Shown here piece after piece: positions 28,693 through 38,400 of a DNA stretch of 64,000 bases; position 1 is the first letter of the stretch, and each line of letters starts with the position of its first letter. Made by a program: the position numbers and the translations under genes. Below the pieces are notes generated by a model that did no database searches, was not told the DNA's origin, and saw nothing but the letters and a program-made list of their open reading frames with translations. Location: assembly GCA_965202805.1 (NCBI GenBank), contig OZ241869.1, forward strand, positions 640,001-704,000, read 5' to 3'. This DNA comes from Longimicrobiales bacterium. GTDB taxonomy: Bacteria; Gemmatimonadota; Gemmatimonadetes; Longimicrobiales; Gaopeijiaceae.

Positions 28693-30378
28693 TCACCCTC
28701 CGGCCCCCGCCGTTCCTCCTCCCACGGCGAAGCTGAGTCCGGCCCGGGTGGTTTCGATCGGGACGAACAGCGGTGCCGCGCTGCCCCTCTGGTATCCCAC
28801 AAGATAGGTCACCCCGCCCATATCGACTTCCACGGCCAGGTCCCAGAGCGTGTGGAAGTCGCCGCTGGCGCCGTCCGGACGGTTCCACAGGCCGGCGTGG
28901 CGGATGTTCAGCAGCATGTTGTCGGAGACCGGAAGCCGCCACCAGGTCTCGTAGCCGACTCGCCGGAACGTTGCCTCCGGAGTCGAAGGGGGCAGGGTGC
29001 GGGCGCCCGAGTCCGTGGGCTCGCCGGGGCGGACGAGTCCCCGGCCGTAGGCCGCGATCACGTTGAGGCGGGGCGACGCCGCGGGACGGTAGGCGCCCGA
29101 CTGAAGGGTCGGATTGAAGGGCAGCACGTAGGCGAGCCGGGCTTCAGCGGACATGTCGACGGCGTGGAGCCCCTGGTCCGACTGGCCCTTGGCGCTGACG
29201 GTGAGGGGCAGCCAGTCGCCGGGCAGGAGGTTGAACGCCGCGCCGGCCTCCAGGGTCAGACGGTTGAAGCTGGTTTCGGCCCGGGTGGCGACATCGCCCG
29301 ACCACCGGGCCTGCGTGAGCCAGCGGCCGTGGGCCTGCTGCCGGTAGACGCCTCCTTCGAACGACAGGCTCAGGTCCTGGAACCCGCCGCCCGCGGACTC
29401 GTCGCGTGTGAAGGGGTTGGCGTTGAATCGCAGGAACGGCCGCTGTTCCAGGTACTGGCGCTCGACGTCGGAGGGGGCCGGGAGGGGCACGACGAGTTCG
29501 GGCGATTCCCCCGTCACGGGGTTCCCGGCCGGGTCCCGCTTCGCGATCAGCGGCCCGTCGATGTCCTCGCACGCGCATCCGGTGAGGGTAAAGGCCCCGC
29601 GGGGGAGCGTGAGGCGCAGGAACTCGCCGGCCCAGTCCATGTCCAGGGGCGGCAGTTCGATCTCGACCCGGTCGCCCCAGCAGTCGGCCGCCGCGTCGCC
29701 GCATCCTCCGATCCCGATGGACGCCGGGGGATCCAGGGGATGGCAGACGGTGCCGCGCTCGACGACCCGGCAGCGCTCGACCCGCGCGTCCGCGGTCCCG
29801 GTGCCCCCGATCCCCGCGCCCCGACTTACCGCGAACACGAATTCCTCCGTCGACCTGTCGTCGGGGAGAATCACGTCGGCCACGAGATCGGAGACCTCCG
29901 GCGCGCGCGCGTAGAAGTAGAGGTCGACGATCAGGTCCTCCCGGAAACCGGCGCCTCCGGCGAGCTCGGTCTTGGCTCCGACTCCGGGCGCGGGTTCGGA
30001 GTAGAAGACGTCCTGGCCGCTGGCTTGCCGGGGACCCGCCGCCGCCAGCGCCAGGGCCAGGAGCAGCCCGGAGATGCGGCCGGCGTGATGCCGGCACCAG
30101 CGCCGCCACGTCCAGTCCTCGGTGCACAGCCGCTGCAGGTACACCCGGACGCGCTCGTATCCCTTATCCCCGAGGGCGGCGACGCAGCGCGCCCGAAAGG
30201 TCATCAGGGTGTCGTTGTAAGGGGGCGAGATCGGGCAGCTGTCCGCGGACGCCTCGACGAGCTCCACGCATGGACGATCGAGGAAGAGGTCGCTGTCGGG
30301 GTCGGAGACGTGGGCGTAGAGCCCGACGCGTTGGCAGGCGAGCAGAGCGCATTCGCGCACGTCGGATTGGCGGCTCAT
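28693..30378 (-). CDS. Hypothetical protein: Cys-rich N-terminal domain, internal signal/TM segment, beta-rich exported region
   Basis: Long ORF with GC-rich third codon positions; hydrophobic GLLLALALAAAG ~100 aa in; beta-strand-rich C-terminus. Start 30378 preferred (the ORF track gives 30528). Confidence 0.6.
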   Translation of the reverse strand: MSRQSDVRECALLACQRVGLYAHVSDPDSDLFLDRPCVELVEASADSCPISPPYNDTLMTFRARCVAALGDKGYERVRVYLQRLCTEDWTWRRWCRHHAGRISGLLLALALAAAGPRQASGQDVFYSEPAPGVGAKTELAGGAGFREDLIVDLYFYARAPEVSDLVADVILPDDRSTEEFVFAVSRGAGIGGTGTADARVERCRVVERGTVCHPLDPPASIGIGGCGDAAADCWGDRVEIELPPLDMDWAGEFLRLTLPRGAFTLTGCACEDIDGPLIAKRDPAGNPVTGESPELVVPLPAPSDVERQYLEQRPFLRFNANPFTRDESAGGGFQDLSLSFEGGVYRQQAHGRWLTQARWSGDVATRAETSFNRLTLEAGAAFNLLPGDWLPLTVSAKGQSDQGLHAVDMSAEARLAYVLPFNPTLQSGAYRPAASPRLNVIAAYGRGLVRPGEPTDSGARTLPPSTPEATFRRVGYETWWRLPVSDNMLLNIRHAGLWNRPDGASGDFHTLWDLAVEVDMGGVTYLVGYQRGSAAPLFVPIETTRAGLSFAVGGGTAGAGG

Positions 30379-30612
30379 GGGGTACGGTCGCCCGTCATCC
30401 CCATCTCCCGCAGGAACTGGGACGCATCCTTCAAGTAGCCGTAGTACGTCATCGATCTCGTCAGGGTCAGCGTCTTGCGTGCCGTCGGTTAGCCGCCTGC
30501 CGTCTCTTCGCGCATGCCAAGCTAACATGCGTACCCGCGGTCGCCGTCAGCGTCCTGTCATCGAAGTACCCTCGGAGCGGATCCAGTCGTAAAGGTATCG
30601 CATCGCCGCACG

Positions 30613-30653
30613 TCATATGGATTACCATATCGTCGATATGGCAATATGGTAAC
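30613..30653. promoter_or_regulatory. Orphan third copy of the vapBC operator/promoter
   Basis: 39/41 identical to 9269..9309 with all four hexamer half-sites intact; no vapBC genes follow. Confidence 0.85.
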
Positions 30654-30748
30654 CACTCCCGCACCCTTCCTCCCTTGTGCCTCCCGCCACCCCATCGGCA
30701 ACCTCCACCCGACTCCCCGACCCTCATCCCCGACCCCGGGAGACCCCC

Positions 30749-31432
30749 ATGCGACAACCCTCTCCATTCCCGGAACGAATCGAACGTGCGGTGATCGCGG
30801 TCATCTGCCTGGATCTGGTGTTCCAGACCGCGGAGACGGTGGATGCCCTGGCCGGTGCGGCGACGTTCTTCCATTGGGCCGGTGTGGGCGTCTGGTTGCT
30901 CTACACGGTCGAGTGGTGCGTTCGCATCCGGCGGGCGGAGAACTGGAAGAAGTATGCGTTCAGCTTCATGGGGATCGTGGACTTCCTGGCCGTCCTGCCG
31001 TTTTGGGCGTTCACGGGATTCGATCTGAAGGCGCTTCGTGCCTTTCGCCTGTTTCGCCTCTTCGTCTCGACGGCCAAGCTCGCCACCCGCACCAGCGCCG
31101 TGGTCAAGCTCGCGAGGGCGTTCCGGTTCGCCATGGACGAGGCCGGTGCGCTGTTCGCGGGCACGTGCATCCTGGTGATTACGGCCGGGTTGGGCATGTA
31201 CCACCTCGAGCACGACGTGCAGCCCGGGGTCTTCAGCTCGGTGTACGATGGCCTGTGGTGGGCGGTGGTCACCCTGACGACGGTCGGCTACGGCGACATC
31301 CAGCCCGTGACCGGCGGCGGCAGGATCCTGGCCACGGTGGCGATGTTCGCCGGCATCGGGGTCATCGGATCGGCGTGCGGGATCATGGCGGACGCGCTGC
31401 GGGAGGCGGGGGACGGGAAGCGGGCGGCGTAG
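30749..31432 (+). CDS. Voltage-gated K+ channel family ion transporter (6TM)
   Basis: S4-like LKALRAFRLFRLF and pore WWAVVTLTTVGYGD; GGAG RBS before ATG 30749. Confidence 0.9.
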   Translation: MRQPSPFPERIERAVIAVICLDLVFQTAETVDALAGAATFFHWAGVGVWLLYTVEWCVRIRRAENWKKYAFSFMGIVDFLAVLPFWAFTGFDLKALRAFRLFRLFVSTAKLATRTSAVVKLARAFRFAMDEAGALFAGTCILVITAGLGMYHLEHDVQPGVFSSVYDGLWWAVVTLTTVGYGDIQPVTGGGRILATVAMFAGIGVIGSACGIMADALREAGDGKRAA

Positions 31433-31575
31433 GGGACGGGCTGCGCATGCCGGTTGTCGACTTGGAGCGAGCCTCTGGCCCAGAAGCCAAATGGGCACCT
31501 ACCTTGCGAAATATGGAGAAGTGCTACCCGCAACCGCGACCTGAAGATGTCAGGTGGCAGCCCTCGAGGTAGAAC

Positions 31576-33531
31576 ATGGATTCCCGCGAAGACTACAACT
31601 GGCCGCCGCTGCACCGCGCTGCGGTGGAGGGAGACACTGAAACCCTGTCGACGCTTCTGGAGACAGGTTCCAACGCGGATGCGCGCGCGAAAGACGGCGT
31701 GACTCCGTTGCACCTTGCTGCCAGCGCGGAAATCGTTGAGATCCTGCTGAACGCGGGGGCGGATGTGAACGCGCGGGCATCGAACGGTCGGACGCCGCTT
31801 CATTACGCAATGCTGAAAGGAAATAGTGAGGTTCTGGACGCCTTGCTGGAAGCGGGTGCGGACCTGGATCCGCGAGACGAGAACGGCGCGACACCCCTTC
31901 ACGCTGCGGCGTACGAAGGAAAGGACGACCTTATCGCGCAGTTGCTGGAAGCGGGCGCGGATGCGGACGCGCGTGCGAACGAGCAGGAACAAGTGCTCCT
32001 TCATCTGGCGGCAGGCACCCCGGCCCAGGCGATCGTGACAGCGTTGCTCGCGGCGGGAGCCAGCGTGGAGGCTCGGGACCGCGATGGCTTCACGCCGCTG
32101 CATTGCGCGGCTCAAACGGGCAGTCTCCCCGTCATCTCGGCCTTGCTGCGGATGGGCGCGGACGTGAACGCCCGCAGCAAGGAGGGCTACACGCCGCTAT
32201 ATGGCGTCAAAGGCGACCGGGAAGCCGCGGAAGCACTCCTGTCGGCGGGAGCCGACGCTACGGCACAGGCAGAGGGCGGAACCACGCCTCTGCACAACGC
32301 TGCGGCGGGAGGCCGCGCCGGGATCGTGCAAGCCTTGCTGGGCGCCGGAGCGGATGCGGACGTACGGACCCCGGAAGGCGTGAGGCCGTTACATTTAGCG
32401 GCGATCACGGACCATCAGGCAGCCGTCGAGGCCCTTTTGTCGGCGGGAGCCGACGTGAACTGCCGAAACGAGAACGGAACCACGCCCCTGCTCTCCGCGG
32501 CGGCCAAGGGCCATGCGGGAGTCGTGCAAGCCCTATTACGCGCTGGAGCGGATGCTGAAGAGTGCAACGACGATGGCTTTGCACCCCTGCACTTGGCGGC
32601 TAATGCCAGTGCCAGCACCGATGTAGTCACCGCCTTGCTGGAGGCTGGTGTGAGCGTCAATGTCCGCAACAAGGACGGTTTGACGCCGTTGCACGTCACG
32701 ACCGACCCTCACGTCGTCACGGCCCTCCTGGGAGCGGGAGCGGCAGTCAACGCTCGTATGAGGGACGGCGAGACGCCGCTTCTTTGGGCGATCAGGCAAG
32801 AAAGAGGGGAAGTCGTGAGTGCCTTGATCGAGGCTGGAGCGGATGTCAACGCCGCGAGAAAGGACGGTGCCACGGGCCTTCATCTGGCGGCGGCGGACGG
32901 ACAGACCGAGCTTCTTGCTCTCCTGCTGAGGGCGGGTGCCGACGTAAACGCCCGCGACAGGATCGACTGGACGCCCCTCCACTGGACTACAGGCGTGGAA
33001 GACCTGATGGCTTTGCTTGACGCGGGAGCCGACGTGAATGCTGGCTTCAATACTCCGCTTCATCTGGCAGCGGCCATCGCTTCGTCGGAGGTCGTGGGGG
33101 TATTGCTGGCGGCAGGCGCGGACGTAGACGCCCGGGGCGACAACGGCGCGACCCCCCTGCACAGGGCGGCAGCCGAGGGAGACCCCGGTGTCGTGTCTCT
33201 GCTTCTAAAAGCGGGCGCGGACGCGAACACGAGAGACTGGGACGAGAGATCACCATGGGACGTCGCCGAGGAGCGTGGCGAGAACGACGACGACTTCCTC
33301 TTTTCCGACGGCTATTGGCTGCTGCACAAAGCGAGCTTGCGCGGTGGCCGCCTGGACGATGGTGACCTGGAGCCGGTGGCCGTGCCCGCCCCCGCCGCGC
33401 CGCCGACGGGGCCCCGACTGGACAGGGAAGAGCCGCGCGACGGGGGCTGGGGATGGTTGCTCGCCGTTGTGGGGGCGATTGTGTCGGTGTTTCTGGTGCT
33501 TTTGAGTTGGACGTTTGAAGCGAGTGATTGA
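31576..33531 (+). CDS. Ankyrin repeat protein with C-terminal transmembrane anchor
   Basis: Roughly 17 repeats of G.TPLH.AA...LL.AGADVNA; C-terminal WLLAVVGAIVSVFLVLLSW. Confidence 0.93.
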   Translation: MDSREDYNWPPLHRAAVEGDTETLSTLLETGSNADARAKDGVTPLHLAASAEIVEILLNAGADVNARASNGRTPLHYAMLKGNSEVLDALLEAGADLDPRDENGATPLHAAAYEGKDDLIAQLLEAGADADARANEQEQVLLHLAAGTPAQAIVTALLAAGASVEARDRDGFTPLHCAAQTGSLPVISALLRMGADVNARSKEGYTPLYGVKGDREAAEALLSAGADATAQAEGGTTPLHNAAAGGRAGIVQALLGAGADADVRTPEGVRPLHLAAITDHQAAVEALLSAGADVNCRNENGTTPLLSAAAKGHAGVVQALLRAGADAEECNDDGFAPLHLAANASASTDVVTALLEAGVSVNVRNKDGLTPLHVTTDPHVVTALLGAGAAVNARMRDGETPLLWAIRQERGEVVSALIEAGADVNAARKDGATGLHLAAADGQTELLALLLRAGADVNARDRIDWTPLHWTTGVEDLMALLDAGADVNAGFNTPLHLAAAIASSEVVGVLLAAGADVDARGDNGATPLHRAAAEGDPGVVSLLLKAGADANTRDWDERSPWDVAEERGENDDDFLFSDGYWLLHKASLRGGRLDDGDLEPVAVPAPAAPPTGPRLDREEPRDGGWGWLLAVVGAIVSVFLVLLSWTFEASD

Positions 33532-33591
33532 TTCCCGCCGCTAACGGGATGAGGCCAGGCGGGCGGGGGTAGCTGCTCGTCTTATTCCGTC

Positions 33592-33828
33592 CTACCAGTC
33601 TTCTTCCGGCTCGTCCCAGGTCTGGGCCCAGAACTCGTCCTCCTCGGCCCGAGCTCGCTCCAGGTCCACCGGCTCGACATCTTCCGCGTCTACGCGACCG
33701 AGCGTCTCGATTTGGCGGACGATCTCATCCGTCACCCCGCTCCGGGTCTGGTGACGCAGCCGGCGCCGGACCCCCCAGCCGGCCACGGCCACGAGCACCG
33801 CGAGCGCCACGAACAGATATCCGGTCAC
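33592..33828 (-). CDS. Small membrane protein, hypothetical
   Basis: N-terminal TM helix and acidic tail EEDEFWAQTWDEPEEDW. Confidence 0.7.
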   Translation of the reverse strand: MTGYLFVALAVLVAVAGWGVRRRLRHQTRSGVTDEIVRQIETLGRVDAEDVEPVDLERARAEEDEFWAQTWDEPEEDW

Positions 33829-33855
33829 CGCTCGTCGAGATCCGGTCCCGAAGCC

Positions 33856-34278
33856 TCAGCCCGTCTGCAGCTCCCGAACCCGTTCGGCCAGTCTGGACCA
33901 GAAGTCGCGCAGCACGGTCTGCGCCACGAAATGATTGGTGAGGTTCCGCTGACTGGTCAGCTTGGAAAGCAATGACTCGACCTCTTCCCACTCTGGAAAC
34001 CCTTTCGTAGCAACGACCTTCAGCGACACCAGACGGCTTGAGTGCCGGCCCAGACCGAAGTGAATCTCGGGAAGCTCCGTCTCCGTCAACTCGATCTCTT
34101 CCTGGTCGGTGAGGTAGCGGAGTTGGATCAGGTAGCTCTGTTGGTGAGGGCAAAGCAGCCGGACACCGTCCGGCACGTCGTAGGGTGAGATGAAGGCACC
34201 CGCGTCCAGCTTGAGCCCCTGAACTTCGTGGACCTCGTCGTACTTGGTGGGATCGATGTCCGTCCAGCGGCTGCTCAC
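33856..34278 (-). CDS. Hypothetical protein (ISPYDVP motif), coupled to the upstream gene
   Basis: GTG at 34278 overlaps the upstream stop (GTGA) and has a GGAG RBS; 140 aa of globular composition. Confidence 0.7.
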   Translation of the reverse strand: MSSRWTDIDPTKYDEVHEVQGLKLDAGAFISPYDVPDGVRLLCPHQQSYLIQLRYLTDQEEIELTETELPEIHFGLGRHSSRLVSLKVVATKGFPEWEEVESLLSKLTSQRNLTNHFVAQTVLRDFWSRLAERVRELQTG

Positions 34279-35051
34279 AGCTCCGCCACCATGTGCCTCA
34301 GCGACTTTTTCCATAGGTCTCGAAACTCCTTCGCGATTCTCTCCCCGTTGATATGGGGATCCTTGCTGTCAACGACAAGTACGCCCCACGCCGTTCCGTC
34401 CGGCTGCTCGACCGTGAACCCGATAATGGAACGGGCCAGAAGCTTTTGCTTCTTCACGCGCCTCCGTACCCACCCCGGTGACACGAAGCTTTGCTTCGCG
34501 TATTCCTCTACGAGTGCATCGCCTTTCGGATTCCCGACTTCCGACAGGTCCGGCAGGCCGAGAGCTTCGTACGCTTTGCTGTTGGCCCCCCAAGCCTTAC
34601 CCGCGATCCCCTCGATCTTGTTCGGATGGTCCGGCGTACGGAACACGGAATAGGATCGCTGCGAGGCTCGACCCGGCCGGGAGACCGGAACGAGCCATCC
34701 ACCCCACGGTGCCCTCGCCCGTTGCCAGATGGCCCTCCAGCACGTCTTGCGGTACTGGAACAGCGTGACGCGGTGGTCCCCCTCCTGTCCCTCGGCATCG
34801 CCGAACAACTCGTCTCGAAACTCCGCCAAGATCGCGTTCAGGGCCTTGGTCACCGTCGTCGATTCCTTCGACTCGATCCAGATGATTCCGCCCTCTCCCG
34901 CGAAGACGCCGAGGAGAATGACCCACCATCCGTACTCCTGGATGAAGACGACGATGGTCGGCCAAACGGACTCCCCCTCAGCGGGCGGCAGTTCAAGAAC
35001 CCGGGCAACGACCACGACGACGACGGACAGCGCGAGATGGCTGCAATCCAT
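34275..35051 (-). CDS. Hypothetical membrane protein with two N-terminal hydrophobic segments and a GAF-like domain
   Basis: Hydrophobic N-terminus; EGIAGKAW...RSIIGFTVE...WGVLVVDS is a GAF-like signature. Confidence 0.68.
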   Translation of the reverse strand: MDCSHLALSVVVVVVARVLELPPAEGESVWPTIVVFIQEYGWWVILLGVFAGEGGIIWIESKESTTVTKALNAILAEFRDELFGDAEGQEGDHRVTLFQYRKTCWRAIWQRARAPWGGWLVPVSRPGRASQRSYSVFRTPDHPNKIEGIAGKAWGANSKAYEALGLPDLSEVGNPKGDALVEEYAKQSFVSPGWVRRRVKKQKLLARSIIGFTVEQPDGTAWGVLVVDSKDPHINGERIAKEFRDLWKKSLRHMVAEL

Positions 35052-35442
35052 GGGACGGCACCATAGCTGAATGGGACAGCTCAGTGTAACGGCCTTAGAT
35101 AAACTATACGGGCCACTGCAGCTTCATGACCGCTACGGACGAGGCGGCAACCGACCTGCCGAAGATCGCGTACGGTCACAGCTCGTCGAGGCTCCTGAAT
35201 CAAGAAAGCTGCGGGTGGCCCGGCAGGCCCTGCAAACAACATGTCGCGCTCGACGCCGGACGGCATCCCGAAACCGCGGCACAGGGGCTCCCGAGCCTCC
35301 CGCACCCTTGCGCCCCGAGCCCCGATCCCCGCACCCTCCTCCCCGTTCCTCTCCTCACGACACCCGCGAAAAAAGCAGGGCACCGCCCGATGCACCCACC
35401 CGTCCCACCAACCGGGTCGCCTCGAAGCACAGCCTTCCGCCC

Positions 35443-38400
35443 ATGACCGACCTCTCCTCCATCCGGCAGGAGCTCGAGAAATCCCGCCGCGACGTCCTCG
35501 ATCTCTCTCTCCGGAACCCGCTGCTCAATTTCCGTCCCTCGAAGCGGCGCGGCATCGAGGTTGTGGATGAGCGGTCGCGCGAGCTCTTCAGGATCCTCGT
35601 GGGCGGGCCCGCGCCCGGCGGATCCTCGTCCCGCAGCCCGCGGGTCATGTACTTCCTCCCCGGCTCCCCCGAGGCGGCGCCCGTGGCGACCACCGAACCG
35701 GCCGCGGACGACCTCGACGACATCCCCGCCGAGCTGCTGGCCATGCTGGGCGAGCCCGACGAAGACCCCGGCGGAGCCGCCGAGCGCCACACCGACAACA
35801 AGCTCCAGACCGCGCTTCCCCGCGCCGCGCTCAATCTGCGCCTGCGCGCGACCTTCCGTCAGGCCCGCCTCTCGATCGAGGAACAGGGGGTCAACATCCT
35901 CTATCTCGCCCTCGGGATGCTCCGCTGGTACGAGTCCGACAGCAGCGGCACCGAGCGCCGTGCGCCGCTCATCCTGATCCCGGTTCGGCTCGACAGGTCC
36001 AGCGTGCGGGAGAGCTTCAAGCTCAGATGGACCGGGGACGACATCGAGGCCAACCTCTCGCTCGAGGTCAAGCTCAAGCAGGACTTCGGCGTCCGCCTGC
36101 CGGAGATGCCGGCCGAGGAGGATCTCGACGTGGAGGACTATCTGGCCCGGGTCGAGAAGGCGGTCGCACGCAGGGAGCGCTGGGCGGTCGAGCACGACGA
36201 GGTCCACCTGAACTTCTTCTCCTTCAGCAAGCTGCTCATCTACAAGGACCTGGATGCCGAGACCTGGCCGGAAGGGGGCCGGCCCGCCGACCACCCGCTG
36301 GTGCAGCAGCTCTTCGGCGGCGAGGGCTTCGCGCCGGGCCCGCCCGACATCGGCGAGGACGAGCACATCGACGATGCCGACGGGGTGGCGGGTCTCCATC
36401 CCGTGATGGACGCCGACAGCTCGCAGACGCTTGCGGTTCTGGACGCGATCCGGGGCCGCAACCTGGTGATCCAGGGGCCGCCGGGCACCGGGAAGTCGCA
36501 GACCATCACCAACCTGATCGGCGAGGCGCTGGCCGGCGGCCGCACGGTCCTCTTCGTGGCGGAGAAGATGGCCGCCCTGGAGGTCGTGAAGCGGCGTCTG
36601 GACACGATCCACCTGGGCGACGCCTGTCTGGAGCTGCACAGCCACAAGACCAACAAGCGCGCCGTGCTGGACGAGCTGAAGCGCACGCTGGCGGCGGGCC
36701 GGCCCAGGGTCGAGCCAGGGGCCGCGGACGGGGTGCTTCTGGAGGAGGCCCGGGATCGCCTGAACGACTATGCCCGGGCGGTCAACTCGCCGGTCGGACG
36801 GAGCGGGCTGACCCCGCACGACCTGGTCGGCCGCCTGGCGCAGTTGAAGGAGGACGGGCTGGAGGTCGACGGCCCGGGACTCCCGATCCGGGATTCGGTG
36901 TCGTGGAGCGAAGAGGAGTTCATCCGCAGGCGTGAACTCGCCCGCGAGTTCCAGGAGCTGATGCGCGCGACCGGAGTTCCCTGCCGGCACGTGTGGTGGC
37001 CGTGCGGCCGGCTGCACTTCGTTCCCACCGACGAGCATGGCGTGCGCCACGTCCTGGAGGCCGCATCGGCGGCGTTGCGCCGGCTGGGGCGCGAGACGGA
37101 GGAGCTGATCGGGCGGCTTGGCCGCGACCGGACGTTCGGAGAGCTGAAGCCCGCGGACGTGGAGAGGATGATCCGCACCGCGCGCACGGCCCTGGACGCT
37201 CCGGCGCTCGCTGGCGCCGATCATCGCAGTCCGGGCTGGGTCGCCGATGCCGCGCGCATCGAGGAGGTGGCCGATACCGCGCGCTCCTTCGCCGGGATCC
37301 GCTCGCGGCACGACGCCGTCCTGATCCCGGAGGCCTGGAACGAGAGCCTGCTGGCGGAGCGTCAGGCCCTGCGCGCCTTCGGCGACAAGTGGTGGCGCTT
37401 CCTGTCGGGGCCGTTCCGCGCCGCGCGCCGCAGGCTCGCGGGACTCTGCCGCGGGGAGATGCCCGGCACGGTCCGTGAGCAGATCGAACTGGTGGACGCC
37501 ATCCTGGAGGCCGGGCGCCTGCGGCGGGGTGTCGAGGAAGCCGGCGACCTGATCGGCCGGCTGTGCCCGGGGCTGAGCCTGGGCGACCGCCCGGAAAAGC
37601 ACCGCGCCTTTGCGGAGGCCGCGGCCTGGCTGGTGGAGCTTCACCGGGACGAGGCCGCGGGGCTCGTGGGAGGCGAGGTGCACGACCTGCTGGACCGCCT
37701 GCACGGGCGCTCGGGCGGGCCTCCCTCCGGGCATTCGTCGCGCCCGTCCTCCACTGGTTCCCGGGCTCCGTCCTCCTCTGGTTCCCTGGATCCCGCCGAA
37801 CTGCGCACCGCCGCCGACGCCTGCGTGCGCGCGATGGAGGCGCGGGCGGACGCACTGGACGCTCTCGCCGACGCGGTGGCGCTGCGGGCGAACCGCCTCG
37901 AGCCCGGCGAGTCATGGGAGGAACGCGCCTGTGGTGCCCTGGACGCCTGGCTCCGGAGCGCCCTTGAGCGGATTCCATCCATGCACGACGTGGTGCGCTT
38001 CAACCAGTTGGAGGAGCGCGCCACCGAAATGGGCATCCCCGAAGTGGCGGGTGCGGCGGCGTCACGCCCGGACGCCGCCCGCCGGCTCGCGGGCCTTTTC
38101 GACCACGCCTGCTACGCCGCCTGGCTGGACGCGGCCTTCCGCGACCAGGAGGCGCTGGCCCGGTTCGACGGGGCGACCCACGGAGGCCTCATCGACCGCT
38201 TCCGCGAACTGGACATGGCGCAGTTCCACCGCAACCGGGCGGTCATCGCCGAGCGCCACTGGCAGCAGCTCCCGCGCCAACACGGCGGCGGCCAGCTGGG
38301 CATCCTCAGGCGCGAGTTCCAGAAGAAGACCCGCCACCTGGCCGTCCGGCGGCTCATGCGGGAGGCGGGCAGGGCGATCCAGAGCATCAAGCCGGTCCTC

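Noticed and set aside
28408..30438. 676-aa plus-strand ORF
   Set aside because: Antisense shadow of the minus-strand gene; Arg/Gly/Pro-rich with no motifs.
33532..33591. Integron attC site (GCTAAC after a stop codon)
   Set aside because: No matching GTTRRRY end or extended palindrome, and no integrase in the window.
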